Assembly: GCF_000143415.4 (NCBI RefSeq)
Contig: NW_003314341.1
Location: 423,165-487,164 of the forward strand
Direction: 5' to 3'
Source of the DNA: Selaginella moellendorffii
Taxonomy: Eukaryota; Plantae; Lycopodiophyta
Length of the DNA stretch: 64,000 nucleotides
The notes under the pieces were generated by a model. It did not search any database and was not told the origin of the DNA. It saw nothing but the letters and a program-made list of their open reading frames with translations. Made by a program: the position numbers and the translations under genes. Of this stretch, positions 25,390 through 37,760 are shown in pieces. How positions within the stretch are numbered: position 1 is the first letter of the stretch; each line of letters opens with the position of its first letter.

Positions 25390-25700
25390 TCATAGAGGAT
25401 TACTTAAGGTGGCACAGCGATGCGAAAGTTGGGGTGCCGGTGATCGACACTCCTTGACGGCAGAAGAATCAAAGCCCCTTTCACTGCCTGGCACCGACGC
25501 CGTCTCCATCTCGAATGGAACCCTGCATATCCATGAATGAGAGGGGTTGCCTGGGCTTGACAAACAGGATGTCCAAGGCGAAGTGCGAGAATGCGAGAGC
25601 GAGCAAGAGGAAGCGACCAAGAATCGATTCCACCTTTGGAGAGAAACGCAATCTTTAAAATTTGGCAATCTACTTCAAGAGATCAAATCTAAATCACACT
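25390..25700 (-). pseudogene. Deleted fragment of the GEX1 promoter and exon 1
   Basis: Minus strand contains RVPFEMETASVPGSERG and S.VKEC plus upstream sequence matching ~20580-21235, with many deletions. Confidence 0.85.
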
Positions 25701-25775
25701 CAACATCCACATAACTCATCAGAAGAAGCTCCACTATCCTCACTAGTTGTGGCCTCAATACAGCGTTGAGATTTC

Positions 25776-26930
25776 TCAATTCTCGCCAGAAATACCTGGA
25801 AATTTGGTCGGGACCTCGACTTCCGAAAATCTAACAATGCTCAGCTGCAATGGCTCATTGTTCTTGACCAGTATTGAGTTTGAGTCGAATCTTCCGAGTA
25901 GCAACCCCTTCTTATGGATCTTCTTCAGTATAGGGACTGCTGCTTTCGAGTAAACCTCGGCAGGAAGCTTGTTTCCCTCGTAGCTAAGAACCAGCACCGG
26001 AAACATCTTTCCACACATGAAGCCATAGTCCTTCGTGAATGCCACGACCTTGGAGACCTTTGAACTTCTTGTAAGCCCAGATCTCCTTGACAAAGTCGTG
26101 GAGCTGCTCCGAGAAAGTTTTGAACCCCATATCCCTGATCTCGAGCACAACATTCTCGCCAGTGGCACGAACTTGAGCACGGAAGACATCGCACCTACCC
26201 TTGGACAACTTTGCCCTGAAGACAAAGTCAGTCACCTTCCAGAATTTGATCGCTTACCACATAACGCCTCCTGTGATAACATGCGGGCGTGATGCTCAAC
26301 AGCCGAGAGCGACATAAGATACCAAAAGCAGCCTGGCCTTGCTTTCACCCGTTTGAGTGGACGTGAGATCGCCAGCTTCCCGGAGGCAATACAAAGCCAA
26401 TACACATCCCTCGTCGTGAAGAAGCCGTAGTTCAGCCCGGCAAGCGCCAGGAGCTCCCGCAGGCGGTTCAGCACGGGCCAGAAACAGCTCGTGGGAGAGT
26501 CCGACTGTTCAATCGCCTAGCACAGATTGCATGATCACAAGACTGGTCTTTTGCTCGGTCTAGTGGAGCGTCCCTCATTGCTGCCCGAGCTGACGCCGAA
26601 GGAAATTGCCTTCCCGCTCAAAGAACACGTCTGGATGGCCAAGCGCGCTTTTATCCATGTCTCTTAAATCAAAGCCCATCTCGCGTCTGTGTCCACTCAG
26701 GCTCCGACTCGTTCCAGTAATAAGCACCAGTGTTTGGGAGGAGACCCATGAAGCACGCCACCAAAGCTATCCCACGAGGCTGGTGACCATGGGCCCACCA
26801 AAATCCTGGTTAACGGGATCACCTGGAAAGTGGACCGGCGAAGGTACGACCATCTTGGAGACCTCGGCCGCAGTCAGCGTATCATCAGTAGCGAATGCTG
26901 TTTCGGGATGGACCGCTGACACCCATTGAG
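25776..26930 (-). pseudogene. Frameshifted atypical kinase-like gene with a preceding REase-like segment (Crinkler/CR-effector-like)
   Basis: EIWAYKKFKGLQGRGI / KDYGF...LVLSYEG...ILKKIHKKGLLLGRFDSNSILV...IVRF (kinase-like, catalytic motifs degenerate, +1 frameshift near 26036); upstream LNYGFFTTRDVYWL...LAISRP. Confidence 0.5.
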
Positions 26931-27525
26931 CTGATTAACATTTTTTTTATAAATATAGCGCAAGTGGAAGTACTGAAGCAGACAAAGGAGATGTCTCTTG
27001 CATCACGAGAGCTCCAGGCCATACGCACGACATGCATCCCCTTTCATGTAGACTGAGGAGTCGTGCTAACAAGAAGAGAGGGTACATGGATCATGTAACG
27101 CCCTCCTGAACTTGCTCCCGGACATAGTCTGGATGTGCTTCATTCACTTGGATGTCACTGTTATCACAACATAAGAGCAGAAATCTAATCCAGACAGCTC
27201 TGGTTTCATAGCTGTGATGCTCTGTTTCTTGCTCCTCCAAGTTAAGGTTGAGGGGATAAACACATAAGCAGATGTGGATTTCCGTGTATCTTTATCGCCA
27301 GCCCAATCAGACTTGCAAAAGCCTCACAAGTGGATGCTCATCTGGGACATGAGAATATCCTTTCTCTGAAAATTTCGACTGTTTAGCATGGGTATTTTAT
27401 CAATAGGGTTTGGAGTTTTGCAGTCCCAAATCTCAAGCACGATGTGGTCTTGGATGACACAACAGCAGCTGTCGAAGCATGGACTGCTATGCGGAAACTC
27501 AAGCACGAAGATCTACTCAATACTG

Positions 27526-29556
27526 ACCATTGTTGGTCCCGACCAAGTTCAGCCGGAATCCCGACCGCCACTGAATGCAGTCGGCCAAATGCAGTCGGAC
27601 AGCTTTGTTCAGTGATTCTATTCAGCAATTATAATGGTGATTGTGCTCGTGGGAGCTAGATTTCTAATGCTGTTGTGGCTATCACCATCGCCACTACATC
27701 TCCACTGCTTTGCTATTCTCCTGCTGCTATGGAGCAATCCATCCATCCACAAATGCCCAACCCAACAAGCTTACATCGAATCTGACCAAGAGGGCTATAG
27801 CCTATAGGAGTTGCATGCGTACCGAGCTCTACAGGGCGACACTCTCTAGTCAGTTAGCCTCTACTTTCAATTGAGCATGGAGCAGTTTGCTGAGGCCTTG
27901 CAAATCACCCAGTCCGCAATGCTTAAATAGTAATTTTTGCCCTAAAATGGAAATTACGATTCCAGTGATTTCAGAGATTTAATTCTAGCGATTCTAGCAA
28001 TTTTGGCACAATTGAGCAATGGCACCCGATTGGGCATGGTCCCATGTTACTAAGCTCACTCCTTATGCTTCTGGCAAAGGAGTTGGCATTGGAAATGTAA
28101 TTATTGTGGAAAAATGTATGGCAGTCTGCCGAAACAAATCAAGGTGCATCTTGCTAAAATTTTGGTTATAAAATTGAAGCATGTAGTGTTTCAAATGTTC
28201 TTTTTCATATTCAGAACCAAGCTCACCAAATGTTTGTGAAGCAAATCATAAATGCCCCTTTATCTTTACCTTCTACAACAAATCTACAGAGTAGGCATTT
28301 TAATGGGGCATTTGCTTCTAGAGCTAATACACAAAGTGCTAGTCAATTTCACCCTATGAATGCTTTTATAGGCCATGAGGGATCATCTGTTGGTCAAAAG
28401 CGAATACAAGATAACAATATTAGGGAAATGCTTGATGATGCAAGAAACATGAACTTAGATGATGCGATATCAAAGTTTATTTTCTTGAATGCCATACCAT
28501 TTAATGTTGTGAAAAGCCTATATTTTCGTGTGATGATCGCAGTCACTTGTAAAGTTGGACCTAACACAAAAATATAGGCTTTTCACAACATTAAATGGTA
28601 TGGCATTCAAGAAAATGAATTTTGATATCACATCATCTAAGTTCATGTTTCTTGCATCATCAAGCATTTCCCAAATATTGAAATCTTGTATTCGCCTTTC
28701 ACCACAGATGATCCCTCATAGGCTATAAAAGCATTCATAGGGCGACATTGACCAGCACTTTGTGTATTAGCTCTAGAAGCAAATGCCCCATCAAAATGCC
28801 TACTCTGTAGATTTATTATAGAAGGTAAAAACAAAGGGGCATTTGTGATTTTCTCCATAAACATTTGGTGAATTTGGTTCTGAACATGAAGAAGAATGTT
28901 TGAAGCATTACATGTTTCAATGTCATGCCCAAAATTTTTAGCAAAATGTACCTTGATTCGTTTTGGCGGACCGCCATACATTTTTCCACAATAATTACAT
29001 TTCCAACACCTAGCTCCTTTTCCGGAAGCATAAGGAGTGAGCTTGGTAACATGGGACTATGCCCAATCAAGCGCCATTGCTCAATTGTCCCAGAATTGCT
29101 AGAATCACTAGAATCAAATCTCTAAAATCACTAGAATCGTAATTTCCATTTTAGGGCAAAAATTACTGTTCAAGCATTGCGGACTGGGCAATTTGCAAGG
29201 CCTTAGTGAGCTGCTACACGCTCAATCGAAAGTAGAGGTCAACTAACTGGAGAGTGTCACCTTGTAGAGCTTAGTACGCACGCAGCTCCTATAGGCTATA
29301 GCCCTCTTGGTTGGATTTTATGTAGGCTTGCTGGGCTGGGCATTTGTGGATGGATGGATCACTCCATAGCAGTAGGAGAATAGCAAAGTGGTGGAGATGC
29401 AGTGGCAATGGTGATAGCCACAGCAGCATCGGAAATCTAGCCCTCGCGAGCACGATTACCATTATAATCACTGAACGGAATCATTGAATAGAGCTGTCCG
29501 ACTGCATTCGGCAGCAGTCGGGATTCCGGCCAAACATGGTCGGGACCAACAATGGT
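27526..29556. mobile_element. Fold-back palindrome made of two 5' halves of a hAT (BED finger, DUF659-type) transposon
   Basis: 27526-28531 is the reverse complement of 28564-29556, with a ~30-nt spacer. Arms start accattgttggtcccgacc and encode decayed WKCNYCGK...RIKVHFAK...HDIETC and DDAISKFIFLNAIPFNVVKS. Confidence 0.85.
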
Positions 29557-31770
29557 ATCCAGGCTGGGAATAAGGATTGCTCCTTACTTGGATTTGTCCA
29601 AACTGAAAGCTGAACACTTCAAGACTGCTCCAAACCTATTGAAGAAGTTGCCTGCTCATGGCTATGGAATTGTGTTCTTCCCCACCAAATTCAACTTTGG
29701 AGACATTGACTGGCTGTAGTATACAGGGACATGGCTGGCTAGCTTCATTTGGTGGCACTGCAGGTCACCACCAGCTTAGACAAGCACTTGCATTCTGTGG
29801 ATAGGTTTATGAGCATCCAAGTGATCGACTAGGGGATCCCCTCAAGCTTGAAGGAATGGAAGCTGCACTTCATCTTTATATGCCTGACAAGCAAAGATGA
29901 AGGTCCCAAGGGTGGCAGTATTACTCAGCACCGCAATGGAGCATGCTTCGGTGTCTTGCTGTATATGCTGCACATTAGGTCCCTTGAAGATGCCCTGGAT
30001 GCATTGCTACCGACCAAGGAACTCAATCTCTTGCATGACATTGCACTCAAAAGGGAGGAATGCTACGCCACAGTTGCTGGCTATCTGCTAGTTCCACCAG
30101 CTCCATCAGCACTTGCTGGCTGTCTGCTAGTTTGACCAGCACTTGATGTGTCTGCAGTGGCTGCAGCAATGCGACTGTTGCCCACGGAACTCAAGAATCT
30201 CATAAAGCCGCAGCTCAATACCATTGCTATCTCAGTTGGAATGGATCCTGACAAGTATAGGAACATGAAGTTGCTTGCTGCAGCCATGCAAGCTAAGGGC
30301 GTGTTGACAGCTGGTGACTTCTCTAATTACTCATTGCTGATCGCTTGTTTGTTTTTAGGCTGCACTGGGGATTTCCTGGCACAGGCGAAAGAGCTATCGA
30401 AGATGAAGCTGCATAACTCCAACTGACCTACATAGATATTAAGCTTTTAGATCTGGGGCCTATGTCTCTTTTAAATAGTCTCAATTCCCAAGATGACCTT
30501 GGAACAGGCTCACTATGTGCCCATTAAGGCAGTTCAAGTTTGTCTGCCCCACCAAATGCACTCACTAGGCTAATGCCTGAGTCACCCATTCTTGGGGGGA
30601 ATGGTGAACCAATCATGCCATGGAAGCTAGTAAAATGTGCTGGATATTACAACAAAGCCCATAAGGAGTCTAGGAGCTGAAAAAACTAAGCGAGGAGGAC
30701 AATCTTGTCTCCTCCAAGGTCCACCCTCAAGCCTCCCTAAAACTCCTCCTTATCCCCCCAAAGAAGTGCCATCGTCAGGCTACCTCACCAACTCATGACC
30801 TTCCACATCAGTGCCGGCCTCACTTTGCAATATGGGATTAGTATTCAATACATCGGACCCGACTGATAAGAATTTCCAACATTTCCACCACAAGAATTTT
30901 GCAAGCAATACAAGGCATCTGACCTTATCCAAATTTAGATTCCTAATCTTGTTGTATGTGTCGTCTTTGCTGGTACTTGGATCTCTTGTTTTGTGTGGAT
31001 CTAGGGGCATTGCCCCCCGAGTGAGGGATTTTGATCCTGTCTGTGACCAGTGGCCACGGCCAGCGGCTCTGGGAGAGCTAGGGCAGACTGAAGGAGCTGG
31101 ATATGCGATGATCTCCATGAGGAAGATTGCCACTTCTTTGGCTTGGGGTGGTTAGTGTAGTCAAGCATGACCCTTGTTGTTGTAAATGGAGGTGCTTTGG
31201 GATGTGTTCGAATGTTGGACACATATGCATAATACGTTCCACAATCTCCACCTCTATGTAGAGCACATTGTTCTAGTGCTAGATATGTAAGTGATCCATA
31301 ACTCAACTGCTGGAACTGGCTTGTCAGAACTACTAAGGGAAGAATTTCCTTTTTGACATGGATTACTTTGCAGGTGCTTTCTTTGATATGAAGAAGCTCA
31401 AGCTGAATAACAAGGATATCATTGGACTTGTTTAGCATGCCAGTGTCTCCTTAGTGATTGGACAGTTGTAACTTGAATTTGAAATTTTTTTGCTAGGTCA
31501 TCTGTTGAAAGGCAAACCTATGAAACAAATTAAGTGCAAAATTGAAAAGCAAGCAATGGATATGAAAAGGTAGTCAAGGGATGTTGACTTGGACACTGTA
31601 CATCAGAAGAGGAGTTTGTTCCCTATATTGCCCAAGGAAGGGGGAATAATTGAACTTGTCTTGATTGGTCTAATGTTAGTTATTACTGTTTATTAAGATC
31701 ACTTTAGAAACACTTTTAAATGTTGTTAAATAGATTTAAACACTTCAAAAAGCTTTTTTTCATTCTTTTA

Positions 31771-34700
31771 TATAACTAAGTGTACACCATATACTTAGCA
31801 TAGTGGGATTTTGGTAGCCATTAAATTGATTTCAATTTGGACCACTCGCTCTTGTATATAACTTAAAGTTTTTGGGTTAATTGATATGTATATTTTTTGT
31901 ATTCTCTTTCCATATTCCATGCACTCACATTAGTGGAGTTCAAAGGCAACTTTAATTGTGGATTTGGGATTTTGGTTTCTAGATCTCCCTTTCCTTCTAG
32001 TTTTTTTTCATTTCTTTTCTTTTGCTCTTTGCTTTTCATTTACCTTCATAGTAAAGTAGCAATCTCCTCCCTTTTTGACTGTAGAGCAACATTTGGTGCA
32101 ATTGCTTAATGCTATATGATTGCAGTTGAATAACCAAACTCAGTTAATGGTGGCATTCATGGCACATGGTATAGCTCCTCTTACTCTTGATGCCAATCCT
32201 CATATTCGGCCGGAGTTCTTTTGTGGAAATCTTGGGGATGATATGTATTATAGATTTAATTACTTCATAGTGATTGCTATATATCATTCTTGGGATGATG
32301 CTTGATGTTTGTGTAAATTTCCCATATGTCTCCAAGGGACGGCACTATAGTGGTACAATGGTTTAAGAGCAGCCACTCGTGAGGATTGGAGTATTCTCTC
32401 AAATGTCTTCAAATGCACATTTAGATATATTGACAATTGATGATGCCTTCCAACAATTGCATTATCTTCATCAATGGCCATTTGAGTCAGTGATGCAATT
32501 TGGCATTTGTTTCCAAATCCTCTTGTTTCGTGCGGAGCTAAATATGTTGGAGTAGATCAAGTTGGGAATGTTATGGCCAACACTTCATCAAAATCTTATA
32601 GAACTTCTGCATGCACTTGCTCTAGTTACCCTTGACGATGCCCTTCACTTGGCATAACGTTATGAGACATCGCCTCTTCCACTTCTTGCTGCACGTCTTT
32701 TAGTTCCACTTCCTATGGGAGATAGTCTTGTTCCAATGGAGGTTGATGCTACTGCTGCTAGAGTTCAAGGACAAGGGTGAGGACGTGGTCATAGCTGTGA
32801 TTATTACTGGGTGTATGATGAAGTTGGTCACACTTATCGGCATTGTCAACGTTTTTCGGATTGGCAACCTCCATTTCCTTGGTGGAGACTTGGTGTCAAC
32901 AACATTCTATTGGTGCTACTGCAATGGAAGGTTTGGATATCAAGATGCATCCAAGAAACAAGGATTCGCATAAGTAATTGAGGGATCTTGCTCGAATAAG
33001 TCAATGACCCTCCATCTTTCTTTCAGAAGTATTATCAAGGGGTTCATTTAGCACTAGTTCATCCAGTGTTTACTTTCCAAATTCATTTTTATAATAAAAG
33101 GTTTCCTTTTATTCTCTCTATATTGGTTGATATAGGTTCAAGTTTATCTTCTATTACTCGACCTATTGCCACATATTGCCCTCCACATTTGTGTCATGTG
33201 GCAGAGTCAGTTTTCATTCTTTATGGCAATGGCCGTACACATGCATATGTATGGGATGAGGCAAACCTAGTTGTGCATATGGGCAATCTTGAACTTAAGT
33301 TACAGTTATTGTGGGTAGTGTTGAGTCAAACTTTTAACTTTATCCTTAGTATAAATTGGTTGCAGCACAATCATGCAAAGTGTGATTTTGATGTTTCTCC
33401 CCTTTGTCTCATATTTCTTTATATTTCATCCATTCCTCTAACTTCTATACCTCTTCATCCCTTTGCTTCTACCTCTGCTTCCATTACTTTTATCTCCCTA
33501 TTGTTTCTTTCTATGTTTCTTTCTATATTTTTATCTTCCCTTTTTCAATCTCTCTGACAGTCTTTGTGTTGCAACAGTTGACCAGCTTATGAAGGAGTAT
33601 GCCAGTCTCTTTGAATTTGACCTATCGTCTGGGGCCAAGATTGCCACATATCATTTAATTTCAATTAGGGATGTTCGTCCAATCAAGGTTCCTATTCGTC
33701 ATTGGTCACCCAAAGAGATCAAGATTTTACGTACAAACGTCAAGGAGATGTTGGAAAAGGGTGTTATTTGAAAGTCATAGAGTCCTTGAGCATATGAATT
33801 TCATCTTGTGACAAAGCTTGATGGAAGTATTTGTTTCTATATTGACTATCATCTGTTAAATGAAGTGACAATCCTGAATGTGTACCCTCTTCCTCACACT
33901 ACTAATTTCTTGGATTATTTGGGAAGAAGTCATTAGTTCACAAAGCTAAATCTTGCTTTTGGATATTGGCAAATACCGATGGCTAAAGAAGATATTCCTA
34001 AGAAGGCTTTTCATACATCGTTTAGTTTATATAAGTTTTTGGTGATGTTGTTCGGTTTGAACAATGTTTCTAAGACTTTCCAACAGATGATGGATGAGGT
34101 TCTTTGTGATATGTTGGAGATAACTAATAACTTCATCAATGATGTCTTAATCCACTCGGAAGAGACATGGGAGGAACACGTCTATAATATTTGTAAAGTG
34201 TTAGATTGGCTACAGGAAGTTAGTTTAAAGCTGAAGTGGTTGAAGTGCGTGTTTAGGTCCAAGGACACAACTTACCTTGGGCACCGTATTTCTTGTGAAG
34301 GTTTGCAAGTTAATCTAAGGATGACAAACTTATGATTATTCTAAAGTTCCCTACTCCGAAGTGTTTGAATGATGTGGAACACTTCCTGGGTAAGGTGCAA
34401 TATCTCGGTCCTTTTTTGGATCATTTTTCTAATCATATTGCACCATTGTGAGCATTACTAAAGTCATTAACGTCATCTTTCATTTTGTCTACAAACTGCA
34501 AGTGGGATTTCATGGATCTCAAGCAACTATTGATGACTCTTCTGGTTTTGGCATATTCTAACTACACTCAACTTTTCATTTTGCACATGGATGCTTCTGA
34601 TATTGATCTTGGAGGTGTGTTGATGCAAGAGAGGCCGAGTGTGCCTGGTCAGTGCTATCCTATTACATATATAAGCTATACATTACAACCAATAAAGGTG

Positions 34701-36652
34701 AACTACTCCACAACAAAGAAGGAGTGTTTAGTAGTAATTTGAGATTTTGAGAAACTTCATGCATATCTACATGGTTCTTAGACATTACTAGAAGGTGATC
34801 ATGCTGTTGTTCATTATTGAAGTGGAAAAACCTAGTTATTTGCACTATCTGGTGGGATTTGAAGCTTTAGGTATATGATTTTGATATTGTTTATTGCCTA
34901 GGGACTTTTATGGCTGATGTTGATGCCCTTTCTCGAACTCTTCTTCCTTCTTCACTCTCTTCTCATATTTTTTACAAGCTTGTTGTTTCAACATCTATAG
35001 AATTTCTAGATAAGGATTCTATGCTATCATCAGTTGTTGTATTTGACATTCAATGTCCACAAGGTGCAAAGCAAGATTTACTTTCTCTTAATAAAGTTTG
35101 TAAAGCTAAAAGATTGAGCTATGGATTCGAAGGCTTTGAGATGGGTTTGAAAATCCTGCATCACTTGCTAATGACTTACCATTTTGGCATTTACATTCTC
35201 AATATCATTTTGAATACGGCTTTCTTTATTTTATGCATAGTTGTGTTTGGTGCCAATCTTGTAGTACTCCTCCTCGTGCTACTAAAGGATGGTTAGAGTC
35301 AATTGCAATTTCTCATTTGTTTGAGTTAGTGGTATTTGATCTTATGGGACCTTTTCCACGATCGACTGCAGGCAATGAGTATGTTATTATTGCTTCTGAC
35401 TACTTGACTCACTAGGTGGAAGTTGATGCTTTTGCTAGCACCTCTACTCTTGCTAGTGCCTTTGCAACTACTGTTGGATACTTCTTCTTCAATCAAGTGG
35501 TGTTTCAACATTTTTGTCCAGAGCGGATTTTTTCGGATAATGTGTAAGCTCCTAAGTTTGGACTTCCCGGGAAGTCACCCAGCCCAGTACTATTCAAACC
35601 TAAGGATGTTTAACCTTAAATATCCTAAGACCCTTAACCGATTGGAAAAAGGGGGTGCACTCTTATTCATGGGCCCTTTCTCTTTATATTTGAACCCCAT
35701 GATCGTCTCTCAAGTCGTTCCCTTTTGCTGCTTATATAATGGTCTTATATTTATGGATAAGGCATTTCATATTTTGACGTCTCAATTGGGGATACACCAC
35801 ACTTTCATGAGTGTTTATCATCCATAGACAAATAATTTAGTGGAATGGCTTGTTCAAATATTCAAATGGATGATCATGAAGTATGTAAACTATTTGGATT
35901 GGGATGGTCATTTGCCATCTCTTTAGTATGCATATGTCACAGAGGTGTAGAGTTTTGTTGGTACTTCACCATATAAACTCTTATATAGCCATGATCTAAT
36001 ATTACCAATGGAGTTAGGTTTACCTTTGCAATTACCATGAGTTGCCAATACTAAGTTGTGGGATTAATATTTGACAAGCATTTTTCTTCTTGTCTAAGTA
36101 GAGTTTGCTGAACACCTAAGCCACATACAAATGGGACAATAATGGCACTATTAACTCCCATCATTGTCCACTTGCGAAGTATAAAGTGGATGATTTGGTG
36201 TTAATCAGTTTTCCCCATCTTATAGTATATGGTTTATCTAAAGGGTAGTCAAAAGGATTATATCAAGTGTTGCAGCAAGTTGGACCACAAGTTTGAGGTT
36301 CGGCATAATGTTTAGTGAGTTGATCTTCCAAAAATTGTAACGTTATACAAAGGGATTAAAAACAATTAGTACCACTTACCAATTCACTGATGCCTTCTCC
36401 TAATGTTCCTCCAAATCTCGGCCCATCTACAAGAGAACCCTAATAGTCTTCTATTATTCCAAGAGGAGGGGATGATATAAAATCTAAGTTTACGGTTATG
36501 ATGCCATATACTAATATTGGTGTAATGGGATTTTAGATAGTTGTCGAATTAGTTTCAATTCGGACCACTTGCTCTTGTATATAAATTAAAGTTTTTAGGT
36601 TAATTGATATGCACATTTTTTGTATTCCTTTTCCATATTCCATGCACTCACT
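31771..36652 (+). mobile_element. Decayed Ty3/gypsy LTR retrotransposon, sister copy of 3220-8611
   Basis: LTRs ~31771-31929 and 36476-36652; PPT aagaggaggggatga at 36461-36475; protease LVDIGSS, RT (MLFGLNN, FINDVLI), RNase H (FILHMDASD), integrase (FELVVFDLMGPFPRS). Confidence 0.9.
35543..35736 (-). mobile_element. 5S-rRNA-containing solo LTR (Cassandra-like) inserted in the gypsy integrase
   Basis: TSD taatg at 35538-35542 and 35737-35741; termini tgtaagc...gctta(c>t)a; 35560-35614 is the reverse complement of the 5S rRNA A-box to C-box region; homologous to 62039-62233. Confidence 0.85.
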
Positions 36653-36929
36653 TCACACTTATTGATTTCTTTTAGATTTTTAATGTTTTGGTTTCCTCTA
36701 AAATCTCTGTTATATTTTTCTCTCATGATTCCTAGGGAATCTGGAATCATGAATAACACTTTAAATGCCACATCACCCACAACCCTGGGAGAGTACAAAA
36801 CTAATCTGGGCTAACAAGATTATAAGGAATGACTCCATAGATATGCTCTGCTTCAGTGGGAGCACCACAAGAAGCAAGCCAATCCACCACCTCTACCACC
36901 ACCTGAGTTACCAGAGCTTCCTGAGGTGC

Positions 36930-37760
36930 TCACAGGTCCTCTTGCTGCAGAGTGGCAAGCCATAATAGACTCCAAGTATCAATCACTCTTGACAAATGAC
37001 ACTTGGACGCTAGTTCCAAAGCCAGCTGACAGACAAACCAAATGGCTATTTTAAGTACTAATCAGGTCGTTTGGTTCAGGTATATGGCCTGCAGATTTAC
37101 ACAATGGCTTAGATTTTACTGAGATGTACTCACCTGTGGTACATATGCTTGCTTTTTAGCAGCTCAATATGATCTTGAGGTACATCAGATGTATGTACAG
37201 CGTTCCTGTATGAAGATCTCAATGAAGAAATCTTTATCCAGAAACCAAAGGGTTATCAGAAGCAGTTTGTCGCCTCAAGAAGCTTTATATGGTCTCAAAC
37301 AATCTCCTAAAGCTTGGTTGGACAAATTTCTCAACTCTATTGGATTTTTTAGAAATGCTGCTAATCAGAAACGTATTGAAAAGATGATGGCCCTTATTGC
37401 TTTACATGTTGATTTCGTCACAAACTGTCTTGCTTTTCTACAAAATATCAAAGAACAGATTTTTTTCTCAATTTGAGATGGACAATCTCGGTGACATTAA
37501 GTTCTGTCTTGGTCTTAATATTATATGGGACCAGTTCCATAGGTGATGAAATTCTCAAATGGTTTCCTGTTTCCACCCTATGGAGGTTAACCTTTATTCT
37601 TCAACCATTTCCAACAACATCCATGACCGAAAGACAGCTACGCTATCACTATGTCCAGGAGCTTGTTCTCCAAGTTTGCTCAACCATGAGGCAGCTAGCT
37701 GATATACTGACCAAGTCTCTTCCATAAGATAAGTCTGGTTTCAATTGCAACAGTTTACAG
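36930..37760 (+). mobile_element. Heavily deleted Ty1/copia RT-RNase H remnant
   Basis: EWQAIIDSKYQSLLTNDTWTLVPKP, ALYGLKQSPKAW, LRYHYVQELV, QLADILTKSLP. Confidence 0.85.

Noticed and set aside
34130-34150. Shared FIND instead of FIDD in the RT of both gypsy copies as a novel catalytic motif
   Set aside because: Explained by G-to-A decay at a CpG (atc gat), in line with the pervasive transition damage in these elements
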